From assembly GCF_009914755.1 (NCBI RefSeq), contig NC_060943.1: a stretch of 64,000 nt of DNA; one strand, written 5' to 3'. Of the stretch, positions 10,500-25,651 are shown piece after piece. The notes under the pieces were generated by a model. The model did no database searches, was not told the origin of the DNA, and worked only from the letters and a program-made list of their open reading frames with translations. A program made the position numbers and the translations under genes. Position 1 is the first letter of the stretch. Each line of letters starts with the position of its first letter. This DNA is from the human T2T-CHM13v2.0 reference genome, Homo sapiens.

Positions 10500-13400
10500 C
10501 GTGAGAGAGAGACAGAAGTCGGCACACAGACACGCACTGCGCGCGCACACACACAGACACACACACAGACGCATCCCCCCAACACACACACACACACACC
10601 CATAACGAACACACACGTACAGCAGGGAACACCCACCCGCAGGCAGCCCCTGAAGCTGCCGGGTTCTGCTCTCCGCGACTAAGAGCCACCGGTGAGAGAG
10701 CAGCCCACGGGCACACAGGCGGACCTGTGCTCGTCATCACAAGGGCTCCACTTTTGGGGAGACTCACCCGCACACCGTCCGCGCACGCCTGAGGCTGGGA
10801 TGCCGCGCTGCCTCGCCGGCGATCTGTCTGAGTTTTCTTCCTCCTGGGGTTTCTTCCTGCTGGTGGACCCTCCGCGAATCCCGGCCTCCGGAGACCGTCC
10901 TGGTAAATGCCCTGGCCAGGACTGGTCTCAGCCCAGACTCAGACGCACGATCACACAGGGCTCCTACTTCGCCAAGTGTCAGGGACCCATCCCCGGGCAA
11001 CGGTGGCTTTCACTGTGACCCAAGCGGCGGCTTGGGCCTCGCGCATGCGCACTGGCGAGGCCGACTCCCCCGCTCCACCCCCCCTTACTCCGCAGAGTCA
11101 GGCTGCGGACCCTTTAAAAAATGGCGGCGACGCGGCGGCTGCGGGGCCTGGGGCGGCGGTGCTGGAGGTTGCCGTGGCGGCGGTGGCGGCGCAGCCCGAG
11201 GCGGCGGGTGGGAAGAGGACTGCCAGAGGGGCCTGCGGGAGACCCAGGGTCGGACCCATAGGAGTCCTGTGGTGAGGACCTCCTTGAGCGCTCTTCTGCT
11301 TCGGTTCCCGCTGAAGGAGGAGCTTCGGGATGCCGGCTGGGCTGCGCGGACTCCTCTTGGGGTCCGATGATGGATCCAACCGGGTGATCGGGAATGGGGT
11401 TCCAATGCAGTGAGGCCGAAAGGGTCTCGCCGGGGCACAGAAAGATCCCCAGGGCCGCAAGGCGTGCTGTCGGCTGCAAAGGCACCGACCCATGAGCCCA
11501 CTGCCTCCCTCCCTCCTGGCAGGAGCAGGGGCCTGCCTTCATCTCCAAGGCCCGAGGGCTCCGGCATCCCGACGCGGCTTCCGGCGACACGGGCAAAGAG
11601 AGACAGAGGCGAGTCCGAGCTGGAGCCAGCGTGTCCACATGTGGCACTGTCGTCCCCCAAGAGCACATGCAGGCAGCGTGTGTCTTTGAGGCCGTAGGGG
11701 GCGACGACGAGACGGACAGTGATGTCCAGGCGTGCGCCCGGGGGGCCACTGGAGACCTGCCCCACAAAGCGGAGGAAAAGCCAAGCGCACCTGAAAACCT
11801 GCGAGACAGGGCCTGTGCGCGAGTCCACGCCACGTTCAGGGAGGCCCGCCAGAGGAGCCGAGAGGTTTGGACAAAGTACACCCCACCCCCAGCCCGCCGC
11901 CGGCTAGGTACCCCTGACGCAACCTCCCCTGCACCCAGCCAAAACCCAGTCCCGTTGGCTCCCTGACATCCGTGGCAGCCAAAAGATTCGGTGCTAGAAG
12001 GCACTTTCCCCAGGAGCGGAGGAACCGGTTGGCCCTCAAGAATCAGAGAGGAAGTGCAGGTGGGATGCAACACCGCCTTTCCTAGAAGGCCAATGTCAGG
12101 AGCGGTGGGCTTGCCTCCGCCTCTTCCTGGACCGAGCGTGCAGCCATCACTTGGGCCATGGAGACCGAGAGAGCTTCCCTGTCCCACACAGGTATGGAAG
12201 CCCAGAGCTCCAGGATCACCACAGCTGCCCAATCATCCAGAAAGAGGTGTGGAGAGGGAAACAATCATGACGCGGACCGCCACGAGGTTTCTCCCTGATG
12301 GACGGGGAAGTCTTGTTTGTGGAAGACACTGAGCCACGCTAAGAAGCCGCCAGGCTTCTCAGAGACGGGGCAGACACAGCAAGAGGGAGGTCAGAGCAGA
12401 GGCCAGAGCCCAGGCAGGATACGGGGGGGCCATGCCACCACCACCGGCATCCGGGGAGGAGTGTCAAACGGGTGACTCGGCCAGGAAGGCCAGCCTTTGA
12501 GAGACAGACATGCTTGCCCCATCCCCTTGCCGGCTTCCTTCTCCGTCCCTGCGTCGAGCTGTGGCTACATTTCTCGATGAGGGCAGAGGGCGACAGGCGT
12601 GACAACCACCTTCTTGAAGCTCTGCGGGCACCCTCCTGCGGGTGGACAATGAGCGCCTGGGAGGCCGTTGTCCTTGGTTGGGGAGCGCTCGTCTGGATCC
12701 AGCCTAGCAAAGAGGCTGCTCCGGATGGGGAGGGGATGAAAACCCCTGCGGGTTCGACGCCGATGCCCACGTTGCCCAGGCCTTCACAGACCCCCAAACT
12801 GGAACTGCCGGGACGACGACGGCCAACCGGCCACACGACCCAGGCAGAGACGCGGGGAGAGGCTGACCAGAAGAAAGGCCGACGTGCAAGAAACCCACCC
12901 TCCGGCGCACAGGGCACATGTGTCCCAAGGCGCACGCACACACAGACGGACAGAGACAGACAGAGAGGGCGACGGAAACAGCGAGAAGGGAGAGAGAGAG
13001 AGAGAGAGAGACAGAGAGAGACGTGAGAGAGAGACAGAAGTCGGCACACAGACACGCACTGCGCGCGCACACACACAGACACACACACAGACGCACCCCC
13101 CCAACACACACACACACACCCATAACGAACACACACGTACAGCAGGGAACACCCACCCGCAGGCAGCCCCTGAAGCTGCCGGGTTCTGCTCTCCGAGACT
13201 AAGAGCCACCGGTGAGAGAGCAGCCCACGGGCACACAGGCGGACCTGTGCTCGTCATCACAAGGGCTCCACTTTTGGGGAGACTCACCCGCACACCGTCC
13301 GCGCACGCCTGAGGCTGGGATCCCGCGCTGCCTCGCCGGCGATCTGTCTGAGGTTTCTTCCTCTTGGGGTTTCTTCCTGCTGGTGGACCCTCCGCGAATC

Positions 13401-15511
13401 CCGGCCTCCGGAGACCGTCCTGGTAACTGCCCTGGCCAGGACTGGTCTCAGCCCAGACTCAGACGCACGATCACACAGGGCTCCTACTTCGCCAAGTGTC
13501 AGGGACCCATCCCCGGGCAACGGTGGCTTTCACTGTGACCCAAGCGGCGGCTTGGGCCTCGCGCATGCGCACTGGCGAGGCCGACTCCCCCGCTCCACCC
13601 CCCCTTACTCCGCAGAGTCAGGCTGCGGACCCTTTAAAAAATGGCGGCGACGCGGCGGCTGCGGGGCCTGGGGCGGCGGTGCTGGAGGTTGCGGCGGCGG
13701 CGGTGGCGGCGCAGCCCGAGGCGGCGGGTGGGAAGAGGACTGCCAGAGGGGCCTGCGGGAGACCCAGGGTCGGACCCATAGGAGTCCTGTGGTGAGGACC
13801 TCCTTGATCGCTCTTCTGCTTCGGTTCCCGCGAAAGGAGGAGCTTCGGGATGCCGGCTGGGCTGCGCGGACTCCTCTTGGGGTCCAATGATGGATCCAAC
13901 CGGGTGATCGGGAATGGGGTTCCAATGCAGTGAGGCCGAAAGGGTCTCGCCGGGGCACAGAAAGATCCCCAGGGCCGCAAGGCGTGCTGTCGGCTGCAAA
14001 GGCACCGACCCATGAGCCCACTGCCTCCCTCCCTCCTGGCAGGAGCAGGGGCCTGCCTTCATCTCCAAGGCCCGAGGGCTCCGGCATCCCGACGCGGCTT
14101 CCGGCGACACGGGCAAAGAGAGACAGAGGCGAGTCCGAGCTGGTGCCAGCGTGTCCACATGTGGCACTGTCGTCCCCCAAGAGCACATGCAGGCAGCGTG
14201 TGTCTTTGAGGCCGTAGGGGGCGACGACGAGACGGACAGTGATGTCCAGGCGTGCGCCCGGGGGGCCACTGGAGACCTGCCCCACAAAGCGGAGGAAAAG
14301 CCAAGCGCACCTGAAAACCTGCGAGACAGGGCCTGTGCGCGAGTCCACGCCACGTTCAGGGAGGCCCGCCAGAGGAGCCGAGAGGTTTGGACAAAGTACA
14401 CCCCACCCCCAGCCCACCGCCGGCTAGGTACCCCTGACGCAACCTCCCCTGCACCCAGCCAAAACCCAGTCCCGTTGGCTCCCTGACATCCGTGGCAGCC
14501 AAAAGATTCGGTGCTAGAAGGCACTTTCCCCAGGAGCGGAGGAACCGGTTGGCCCTCAAGAATCAGAGAGGAAGTGCAGGTGGGATGCAACACCGCCTTT
14601 CCTAGAAGGCCAATGTCAGGAGCGGTGGGCTTGCCTCCGCCTCTTCCTGGACCGAGCGTGCAGCCATCACTTGGGCCATGGAGACCGAGAGAGCTTCCCT
14701 GTCCCACACAGGTATGGAAGCCCAGAGCTCCAAGATCACCACAGCTGCCCAATCATCCAGAAAGAGGTGTGGAGAGGGAAACAATCATGACGCGGACCGC
14801 CACGAGGTTTCTCCCTGATGGACGGGGAAGTCTTCTTTGTGGAAGACACTGAGCCACACTAAGAAGCCGCCAGGCTTCTCAGAGACGGGGCAGACACAGC
14901 AAGAGGGAGGTCAGAGCAGACGCCAGAGCACAGGCAGGATACGGGGGGACCATGCCACCACCACCGGCATCCGGGGAGGACTGTCAAACGGGTGACTCGG
15001 CCAGGAAGGCCAGCCTTTGAGAGACAGACATGCTTGCCGCCCCATCCCCTTGCCGGCTTCCTTCTCCGTCCCTGCGTCTAGCTGTGGCTACATTTCTCGA
15101 TGAGGGCAGAGGGCGACAGGCGTGACAACCACCTTCTTGAAGCTCTGCGGGCACCCTCCTGCGGGTGGACAATGAGCGCCTGGGAGGCCGTTGTCCTTGG
15201 TTGGGGAGCGCTCGTCTGGATCCAGCCTAGCAAAGAGGCTGCTCCGGATGGGGAGGGGATGAAAACCCTGCGGGTCCGACGCCCATGCCCACGTTGCCCA
15301 GGCCTTCACAGACCCCCAAACTGGAACCGCCGGGACGACGACTGCCAACCGGCCACACGACCCAGGCAGAGACGCGGGGACACGCTGACCAGAAGAAAGG
15401 CCGACGTGCAAGAAACCCACCCTCCGGCGCACAGGGCCCATGTGTCCCAAGGCGCACGCACACACAGACGGACAGAGACAGAAAGAGAGGGCGACCGAAA
15501 GAGCGAGAAGG

Positions 15512-15545
<34 letters not shown>

Positions 15546-18032
15546 CGTGAGAGAGAGACAGAAGTCGGCACACAGACACGCACTGCGCGCGCACACACAC
15601 AGACACACACACAGACGCATCCCCCCAACACACACACACACACACCCATAACAAACACACACGTACAGCAGGGAACACCCACCAGCAGGCAGCCCCTGAA
15701 GCTGCCGGGTTCTGCTCTCCGCGACTAAGAGCCACCGGTGAGAGAGCAGCCCACGGGCACACAGGCGGACCTGTGCTCGTCATCACAAGGGCTCCACTTT
15801 TGGGGAGACTCACCCGCACACCGTCCGCGCACGCCTGAGGCTGGGATGCCGCGCTGCCTCGCCGGCGATCTGTCTGAGTTTTCTTCCTCCTGGGGTTTCT
15901 TCCTGCTGGTGGACCCTCCGCGAATCCCGGCCTCCGGAGACCGTCCTGGTAAATGCCCTGGCCAGGACTGGTCTCAGCCCAGACTCAGACGCACGATCAC
16001 ACAGGGCTCCTACTTCGCCAAGTGTCAGGGACCCATCCCCGGGCAACGGTGGCTTTCACTGTGACCCAAGCGGCGGCTTGGGCCTCGCGCATGCGCACTG
16101 GCGAGGCCGACTCCCCCGCTCCACCCCCCCTTACTCCGCAGAGTCAGGCTGCGGACCCTTTAAAAAATGGCGGCGACGCGGCGGCTGCGGGGCCTGGGGT
16201 GGCGGTGCTGGAGGTTGCGGCGGCGGCGGTGGCGTCGCAGCCCGAGGCGGCGGGTGGGAAGAGGACTGCCAGAGGGGCCTGCGGGAGACCCAGGGTCGGA
16301 CCCATAGGAGTCCTGTGGTGAGGACCTCCTTGATCGCTCTTCTGCTTCGGTTCCCGCTGAAGGAGGAGCTTCGGGATGCCGGCTGGGCTGCGCGGACTCC
16401 TCTTGGGGTCCGATGATGGATCCAACCGGGTGATCGGGAATGGGGTTCCAATGCAGTGAGGCCGAAAGGGTCTCGCCGGGGCACAGAAAGATCCCCAGGG
16501 CCGCAAGGCGTGCTGTCGGCTGCAAAGGCACCGACCCATGAGCCCACTGCCTCCCTCCCTCCTGGCAGGAGCAGGGGCCTGCCTTCATCTCCAAGGCCCG
16601 AGGGCTCCGGCATCCCGACGCGGCTTCCGGCGACACGGGCAAAGAGAGACAGAGGCGAGTCCGAGCTGGAGCCAGCGTGTCCACATGTGGCACTGTCGTC
16701 CCCCAAGAGCACATGCAGGCAGCGTGTGTCTTTGAGGCCGTAGGGGGCGACGACGAGACGGACAGTGATGTCCAGGCGTGCGCCCGGGGGGCCACTGGAG
16801 ACCTGCCCCACAAAGCGGAGGAAAAGCCAAGCGCACCTGAAAACCTGCGAGACAGGGCCTGTGCGCGAGTCCACGCCACGTTCAGGGAGGCCCGCCAGAG
16901 GAGCCGAGAGGTTTGGACAAAGTACACCCCACCCCCAGCCCGCCGCCGGCTAGGTACCCCTGACGCAACCTCCCCTGCACCCAGCCAAAACCCAGTCCCG
17001 TTGGCTCCCTGACATCCGTGGCAGCCAAAAGATTCGGTGCTAGAAGGCACTTTCCCCAGGAGCGGAGGAACCGGTTGGCCCTCAAGAATCAGAGAGGAAG
17101 TGCAGGTGGGATGCAACACCGCCTTTCCTAGAAGGCCAATGTCAGGAGCGGTGGGCTTGCCTCCGCCTCTTCCTGGACCGAGCGTGCAGCCATCACTTGG
17201 GCCATGGAGACCGAGAGAGCTTCCCTGTCCCACACAGGTATGGAAGCCCAGAGCTCCAGGATCACCACAGCTGCCCAGTCGTCCAGAAAGAGGTGTGGAG
17301 AGGGAAACAATCATGACGCGGACCGCCACGAGGTTTCTCCCTGATGGACGGGGAAGTCTTGTTTGTGGAAGACACTGAGCCACGCTAAGAAGCCGCCAGG
17401 CTTCTCAGAGACGGGGCAGACACAGCAAGAGGGAGGTCAGAGCAGAGGCCAGAGCCCAGGCAGGATACGGGGGGGCCATGCCACCACCACCGGCATCCGG
17501 GGAGGAGTGTCAAACGGGTGACTCGGCCAGGAAGGCCAGCCTTTGAGAGACAGACATGCTTGCCCCATCCCCTTGCCGGCTTCCTTCTCCGTCCCTGCGT
17601 CGAGCTGTGGCTACATTTCTCGATGAGGGCAGAGGGCGACAGGCGTGACAACCACCTTCTTGAAGCTCTGCGGGCACCCTCCTGCGGGTGGACAATGAGC
17701 GCCTGGGAGGCCGTTGTCCTTGGTTGGGGAGCGCTCGTCTGGATCCAGCCTAGCAAAGAGGCTGCTCCGGATGGGGAGGGGATGAAAACCCCTGCGGGTT
17801 CGACGCCGATGCCCACGTTGCCCAGGCCTTCACAGACCCCCAAACTGGAACTGCCGGGACGAGGACTGCCAACCGGCCACACGACCCAGGCAGAGACGCG
17901 GGGACAGGCTGACCAGAAGAAAGGCCGACGTGCAAGAAACCCACCCTCCGGCGCACAGGGCACATGTGTCCCAAGGCGCACGCACACACAGACGGACAGA
18001 GACAGACAGAGAGGGCGATGGAAACAGCGAGA

Positions 18033-18077
<45 letters not shown>

Positions 18078-20564
18078 GACGTGAGAGAGAGACAGAAGTC
18101 GGCACACAGACACGCACTGCGCGCGCACACACACAGACACACACACAGACGCACCCCCCCAACACACACACACACACCCATAACGAACACACACGTACAG
18201 CAGGGAACACCCACCCGCAGGCAGCCCCTGAAGCTGCCGGGTTCTGCTCTGCGAGACTAAGAGCCACCAGTGAGAGAGCAGCCCACGGGCACACAGGCGG
18301 ACCTGTGCTCGTCATCACAAGGGCTCCACTTTTGGGGAGACTCACCCGCACACCGTCCGCGCACGCCTGAGGCTGGGATCCCGCGCTGCCTCGCCGGCGA
18401 TCTGTCTGAGGTTTCTTCCTCTTGGGGTTTCTTCCTGCTGGTGGACCCTCCGCGAATCCCGGCCTCCGGAGACCGTCCTGGTAACTGCCCTGGCCAGGAC
18501 TGGTCTCAGCCCAGACTCAGACGCACGATCACACAGGGCTCCTACTTCGCCAAGTGTCAGGGACCCATCCCCGGGCAACGGTGGCTTTCACTGTGACCCA
18601 AGCGGCGGCTTGGGCCTCGCGCATGCGCACTGGCGAGGCCGACTCCCCCGCTCCACCCCCCCTTACTCCGCAGAGTCAGGCTGCGGACCCTTTAAAAAAT
18701 GGCGGCGACGCGGCGGCTGCGGGGCCTGGGGCGGCGGTGCTGGAGGTTGCGGCGGCGGCGGTGGCGGCGCAGCCCGAGGCGGCGGGTGGGAAGAGGACTG
18801 CCAGAGGGGCCTGCGGGAGACCCAGGGTCGGACCCATAGGAGTCCTGTGGTGAGGACCTCCTTGAGCGCTCTTCTGCTTCGGTTCCCGCTGAAGGAGGAG
18901 CTTCGGGATGCCGGCTGGGCTGCGCGGACTCCTCTTGGGGTCCGATGATGGATCCAACCGGGTGATCGGGAATGGGGTTCCAATGCAGTGAGGCCGAAAG
19001 GGTCTCGCCGGGGCACAGAAAGATCCCCAGGGCCGCAAGGCGTGCTGTCGGCTGCAAAGGCACCGACCCATGAGCCCACTGCCTCCCTCCCTCCTGGCAG
19101 GAGCAGGGGCCTGCCTTCATCTCCAAGGCCCGAGGGCTCCGGCATCCCGACGCGGCTTCCGGCGACACGGGCAAAGAGAGACAGAGGCGAGTCCGAGCTG
19201 GAGCCAGCGTGTCCACATGTGGCACTGTCGTCCCCCAAGAGCACATGCAGGCAGCGTGTGTCTTTGAGGCCGTAGGGGGCGACGACGAGACGGACAGTGA
19301 TGTCCAGGCGTGCGCCCGGGGGGCCACTGGAGACCTGCCCCACAAAGCGGAGGAAAAGCCAAGCGCACCTGAAAACCTGCGAGACAGGGCCTGTGCGCGA
19401 GTCCACGCCACGTTCAGGGAGGCCCGCCAGAGGAGCCGAGAGGTTTGGACAAAGTACACCCCACCCCCAGCCCGCCGCCGGCTAGGTACCCCTGACGCAA
19501 CCTCCCCTGCACCCAGCCAAAACCCAGTCCCGTTGGCTCCCTGACATCCGTGGCAGCCAAAAGATTCGGTGCTAGAAGGCACTTTCCCCAGGAGCGGAGG
19601 AACCGGTTGGCCCTCAAGAATCAGAGAGGAAGTGCAGGTGGGATGCAACACCGCCTTTCCTAGAAGGCCAATGTCAGGAGCGGTGGGCTTGCCTCCGCCT
19701 CTTCCTGGACCGAGCGTGCAGCCATCACTTGGGCCATGGAGACCGAGAGAGCTTCCCTGTCCCACACAGGTATGGAAGCCCAGAGCTCCAGGATCACCAC
19801 AGCTGCCCAGTCGTCCAGAAAGAGGTGTGGAGAGGGAAACAATCATGACGCGGACCGCCACGAGGTTTCTCCCTGATGGACGGGGAAGTCTTGTTTGTGG
19901 AAGACACTGAGCCACGCTAAGAAGCCGCCAGGCTTCTCAGAGACGGGGCAGACACAGCAAGAGGGAGGTCAGAGCAGAGGCCAGAGCCCAGGCAGGATAC
20001 GGGGGGGCCATGCCACCACCACCGGCATCCGGGGAGGAGTGTCAAACGGGTGACTCGGCCAGGAAGGCCAGCCTTTGAGAGACAGACATGCTTGCCCCAT
20101 CCCCTTGCCGGCTTCCTTCTCCGTCCCTGCGTCGAGCTGTGGCTACATTTCTCGATGAGGGCAGAGGGCGACAGGCGTGACAACCACCTTCTTGAAGCTC
20201 TGCGGGCACCCTCCTGCGGGTGGACAATGAGCGCCTGGGAGGCCGTTGTCCTTGGTTGGGGAGCGCTCGTCTGGATCCAGCCTAGCAAAGAGGCTGCTCC
20301 GGATGGGGAGGGGATGAAAACCCCTGCGGGTTCGACGCCGATGCCCACGTTGCCCAGGCCTTCACAGACCCCCAAACTGGAACTGCCGGGACGAGGACTG
20401 CCAACCGGCCACACGACCCAGGCAGAGACGCGGGGACAGGCTGACCAGAAGAAAGGCCGACGTGCAAGAAACCCACCCTCCGGCGCACAGGGCACATGTG
20501 TCCCAAGGCGCACGCACACACAGACGGACAGAGACAGACAGAGAGGGCGATGGAAACAGCGAGA

Positions 20565-20609
<45 letters not shown>

Positions 20610-23098
20610 GACGTGAGAGAGAGACAGAAGTCGGCACACAGACACGCACTGCGCGCGCACACACACAGACACACACACAGACGCACCCCCCCAACACACA
20701 CACACACACCCATAACGAACACACACGTACAGCAGGGAACACCCACCCGCAGGCAGCCCCTGAAGCTGCCGGGTTCTGCTCTGCGAGACTAAGAGCCACC
20801 AGTGAGAGAGCAGCCCACGGGCACACAGGCGGACCTGTGCTCGTCATCACAAGGGCTCCACTTTTGGGGAGACTCACCCGCACACCGTCCGCGCACGCCT
20901 GAGGCTGGGATCCCGCGCTGCCTCGCCGGCGATCTGTCTGAGGTTTCTTCCTCTTGGGGTTTCTTCCTGCTGGTGGACCCTCCGCGAATCCCGGCCTCCG
21001 GAGACCGTCCTGGTAACTGCCCTGGCCAGGACTGGTCTCAGCCCAGACTCAGACGCACGATCACACAGGGCTCCTACTTCGCCAAGTGTCAGGGACCCAT
21101 CCCCGGGCAACGGTGGCTTTCACTGTGACCCAAGCGGCGGCTTGGGCCTCGCGCATGCGCACTGGCGAGGCCGACTCCCCCGCTCCACCCCCCCTTACTC
21201 CGCAGAGTCAGGCTGCGGACCCTTTAAAAAATGGCGGCGACGCGGCGGCTGCGGGGCCTGGGGCGGCGGTGCTGGAGGTTGCGGCGGCGGCGGTGGCGGC
21301 GCAGCCCGAGGCGGCGGGTGGGAAGAGGACTGCCAGAGGGGCCTGCGGGAGACCCAGGGTCGGACCCATAGGAGTCCTGTGGTGAGGACCTCCTTGAGCG
21401 CTCTTCTGCTTCGGTTCCCGCTGAAGGAGGAGCTTCGGGATGCCGGCTGGGCTGCGCGGACTCCTCTTGGGGTCCGATGATGGATCCAACCGGGTGATCG
21501 GGAATGGGGTTCCAATGCAGTGAGGCCGAAAGGGTCTCGCCGGGGCACAGAAAGATCCCCAGGGCCGCAAGGCGTGCTGTCGGCTGCAAAGGCACCGACC
21601 CATGAGCCCACTGCCTCCCTCCCTCCTGGCAGGAGCAGGGGCCTGCCTTCATCTCCAAGGCCCGAGGGCTCCGGCATCCCGACGCGGCTTCCGGCGACAC
21701 GGGCAAAGAGAGACAGAGGCGAGTCCGAGCTGGAGCCAGCGTGTCCACATGTGGCACTGTCGTCCCCCAAGAGCACATGCAGGCAGCGTGTGTCTTTGAG
21801 GCCGTAGGGGGCGACGACGAGACGGACAGTGATGTCCAGGCGTGCGCCCGGGGGGCCACTGGAGACCTGCCCCACAAAGCGGAGGAAAAGCCAAGCGCAC
21901 CTGAAAACCTGCGAGACAGGGCCTGTGCGCGAGTCCACGCCACGTTCAGGGAGGCCCGCCAGAGGAGCCGAGAGGTTTGGACAAAGTACACCCCACCCCC
22001 AGCCCGCCGCCGGCTAGGTACCCCTGACGCAACCTCCCCTGCACCCAGCCAAAACCCAGTCCCGTTGGCTCCCTGACATCCGTGGCAGCCAAAAGATTCG
22101 GTGCTAGAAGGCACTTTCCCCAGGAGCGGAGGAACCGGTTGGCCCTCAAGAATCAGAGAGGAAGTGCAGGTGGGATGCAACACCGCCTTTCCTAGAAGGC
22201 CAATGTCAGGAGCGGTGGGCTTGCCTCCGCCTCTTCCTGGACCGAGCGTGCAGCCATCACTTGGGCCATGGAGACCGAGAGAGCTTCCCTGTCCCACACA
22301 GGTATGGAAGCCCAGAGCTCCAGGATCACCACAGCTGCCCAGTCGTCCAGAAAGAGGTGTGGAGAGGGAAACAATCATGACGCGGACCGCCACGAGGTTT
22401 CTCCCTGATGGACGGGGAAGTCTTGTTTGTGGAAGACACTGAGCCACGCTAAGAAGCCGCCAGGCTTCTCAGAGACGGGGCAGACACAGCAAGAGGGAGG
22501 TCAGAGCAGAGGCCAGAGCCCAGGCAGGATACGGGGGGGCCATGCCACCACCACCGGCATCCGGGGAGGAGTGTCAAACGGGTGACTCGGCCAGGAAGGC
22601 CAGCCTTTGAGAGACAGACATGCTTGCCCCATCCCCTTGCCGGCTTCCTTCTCCGTCCCTGCGTCGAGCTGTGGCTACATTTCTCGATGAGGGCAGAGGG
22701 CGACAGGCGTGACAACCACCTTCTTGAAGCTCTGCGGGCACCCTCCTGCGGGTGGACAATGAGCGCCTGGGAGGCCGTTGTCCTTGGTTGGGGAGCGCTC
22801 GTCTGGATCCAGCCTAGCAAAGAGGCTGCTCCGGATGGGGAGGGGATGAAAACCCTGCGGGTCCGACGCCCATGCCCACGTTGCCCAGGCCTTCACAGAC
22901 CCCCAAACTGGAACTGCCGGGACGACGACTGCCAACCGGCCACACGACCCAGGCAGAGACGCGGGGACACGCTGACCAGAAGAAAGGCCGACGTGCAAGA
23001 AACCCACCCTCCGGCGCACAGGGCACATGTGTCCCAAGGCGCACGCACACACAGACGGACAGAGACAGAAAGAGAGGGCGACCGAAAGAGCGAGAAGG

Positions 23099-23132
<34 letters not shown>

Positions 23133-25608
23133 CGTGAGAGAGAGACAGAAGTCGGCACACAGACACGCACTGCGCGCGCACACACACAGACACACACACA
23201 GACGCATCCCCCCAACACACACACACACACACCCATAACGAACACACACGTACAGCAGGGAACACCCACCCGCAGGCAGCCCCTGAAGCTGCCGGGTTCT
23301 GCTCTCCGCGACTAAGAGCCACCGGTGAGAGAGCAGCCCACGGGCACACAGGCGGACCTGTGCTCGTCATCACAAGGGCTCCACTTTTGGGGAGACTCAC
23401 CCGCACACCGTCCGCGCACGCCTGAGGCTGGGATGCCGCGCTGCCTCGCCGGCGATCTGTCTGAGTTTTCTTCCTCCTGGGGTTTCTTCCTGCTGGTGGA
23501 CCCTCCGCGAATCCCGGCCTCCGGAGACCGTCCTGGTAAATGCCCTGGCCAGGACTGGTCTCAGCCCAGACTCAGACGCACGATCACACAGGGCTCCTAC
23601 TTCGCCAAGTGTCAGGGACCCATCCCCGGGCAACGGTGGCTTTCACTGTGACCCAAGCGGCGGCTTGGGCCTCGCGCATGCGCACTGGCGAGGCCGACTC
23701 CCCCGCTCCACCCCCCCTTACTCCGCAGAGTCAGGCTGCGGACCCTTTAAAAAATGGCGGCGACGCGGCGGCTGCGGGGCCTGGGGCGGCGGTGCTGGAG
23801 GTTGCGGCGGCGGCGGTGGCGGCGCAGCCCGAGGCGGCGGGTGGGAAGAGGACTGCCAGAGGGGCCTGCGGGAGACCCAGGGTCGGACCCATAGGAGTCC
23901 TGTGGTGAGGACCTCCTTGATCGCTCTTCTGCTTCGGTTCCCGCTGAAGGAGGAGCTTCGGGATGCCGGCTGGGCTGCGCGGACTCCTCTTGGGGTCCGA
24001 TGATGGATCCAACCGGGTAATCGGGAATGGGGTTCCAATGCAGTGAGGCCGAAAGGGTCTCGCCGGGGCACAGAAAGATCCCCAGGGCCGCAAGGCGTGC
24101 TGTCGGCTGCAAAGGCACCGACCCATGAGCCCACTGCCTCCCTCCCTCCTGGCAGGAGCAGGGGCCTGCCTTCATCTCCAAGGCCCGAGGGCTCCGGCAT
24201 CCCGACGCGGCTTCCGGCGACACGGGCAAAGAGAGACAGAGGCGAGTCCGAGCTGGAGCCAGCGTGTCCACATGTGGCACTGTCGTCCCCCAAGAGCACA
24301 TGCAGGCAGCGTGTGTCTTTGAGGCCGTAGGGGGCGACGACGAGACGGACAGTGATGTCCAGGCGTGCGCCCGGGGTACCTGCCCCACAAAGCGGAGGAA
24401 AAGCCAAGCGCACCTGAAAACCTGCGAGACAGGCCTGTGCACGAGTCCACGCCACGTTCAGGGAGGCCCGCCAGAGGAGCGGAGAGGTTTGGACAAAGTA
24501 CACCCCACCCCCAGCCCGCCGCCGGCTAGGTACCCCTGACGCAACCTCCCCTGCACCCAGCCAAAACCCAGTCCCGTTGGCTCCCTGACATCCGTGGCAG
24601 CCAAAAGATTCGGTGCTAGAAGGCACTTTCCCCAGGAGCGGAGGAACCGGTTGGCCCTCAAGAATCAGAGAGGAAGTGCAGGTGGGATGCAACACCGCCT
24701 TTCCTAGAAGGCCAATGTCAGGAGCGGTGGGCTTGCCTCCGCCTCTTCCTGGACCGAGCGTGCAGCCATCACTTGGGCCATGGAGACCGAGAGAGCTTCC
24801 CTGTCCCACACAGGTATGGAAGCCCAGAGCTCCAGGATCACCACAGCTGCCCAATCATCCAGAAAGAGGTGTGGAGAGGGAAACAATCATGACGCGGACC
24901 GCCACGAGGTTTCTCCCTGATGGACGGGGAAGTCTTGTTTGTGGAAGACACTGAGCCACGCTAAGAAGCCGCCAGGCTTCTCAGAGACGGGGCAGACACA
25001 GCAAGAGGGAGGTCAGAGCAGAGGCCAGAGCCCAGGCAGGATACGGGGGGGCCATGCCACCACCACCGGCATCCGGGGAGGAGTGTCAAACGGGTGACTC
25101 GGCCAGGAAGGCCAGCCTTTGAGAGACAGACATGCTTGCCCCATCCCCTTGCCGGCTTCCTTCTCCGTCCCTGCGTCGAGCTGTGGCTACATTTCTCGAT
25201 GAGGGCAGAGGGCGACAGGCGTGACAACCACCTTCTTGAAGCTCTGCGGGCACCCTCCTGCGGGTGGACAATGAGCGCCTGGGAGGCCGTTGTCCTTGGT
25301 TGGGGAGCGCTCGTCTGGATCCAGCCTAGCAAAGAGGCTGCTCCGGATGGGGAGGGGATGAAAACCCCTGCGGGTTCGACGCCGATGCCCACGTTGCCCA
25401 GGCCTTCACAGACCCCCAAACTGGAACTGCCGGGACGACGACTGCCAACCGGCCACACGACCCAGGCAGAGACGCGGGGACAGGCTGACCAGAAGAAAGG
25501 CCGACGTGCAAGAAACCCACCCTCCGGCGCACAGGGCACATGTGTCCCAAGGCGCACGCACACACAGACGGACAGAGACAGACAGAGAGGGCGACGGAAA
25601 CAGCGAGA

Positions 25609-25651
<43 letters not shown>

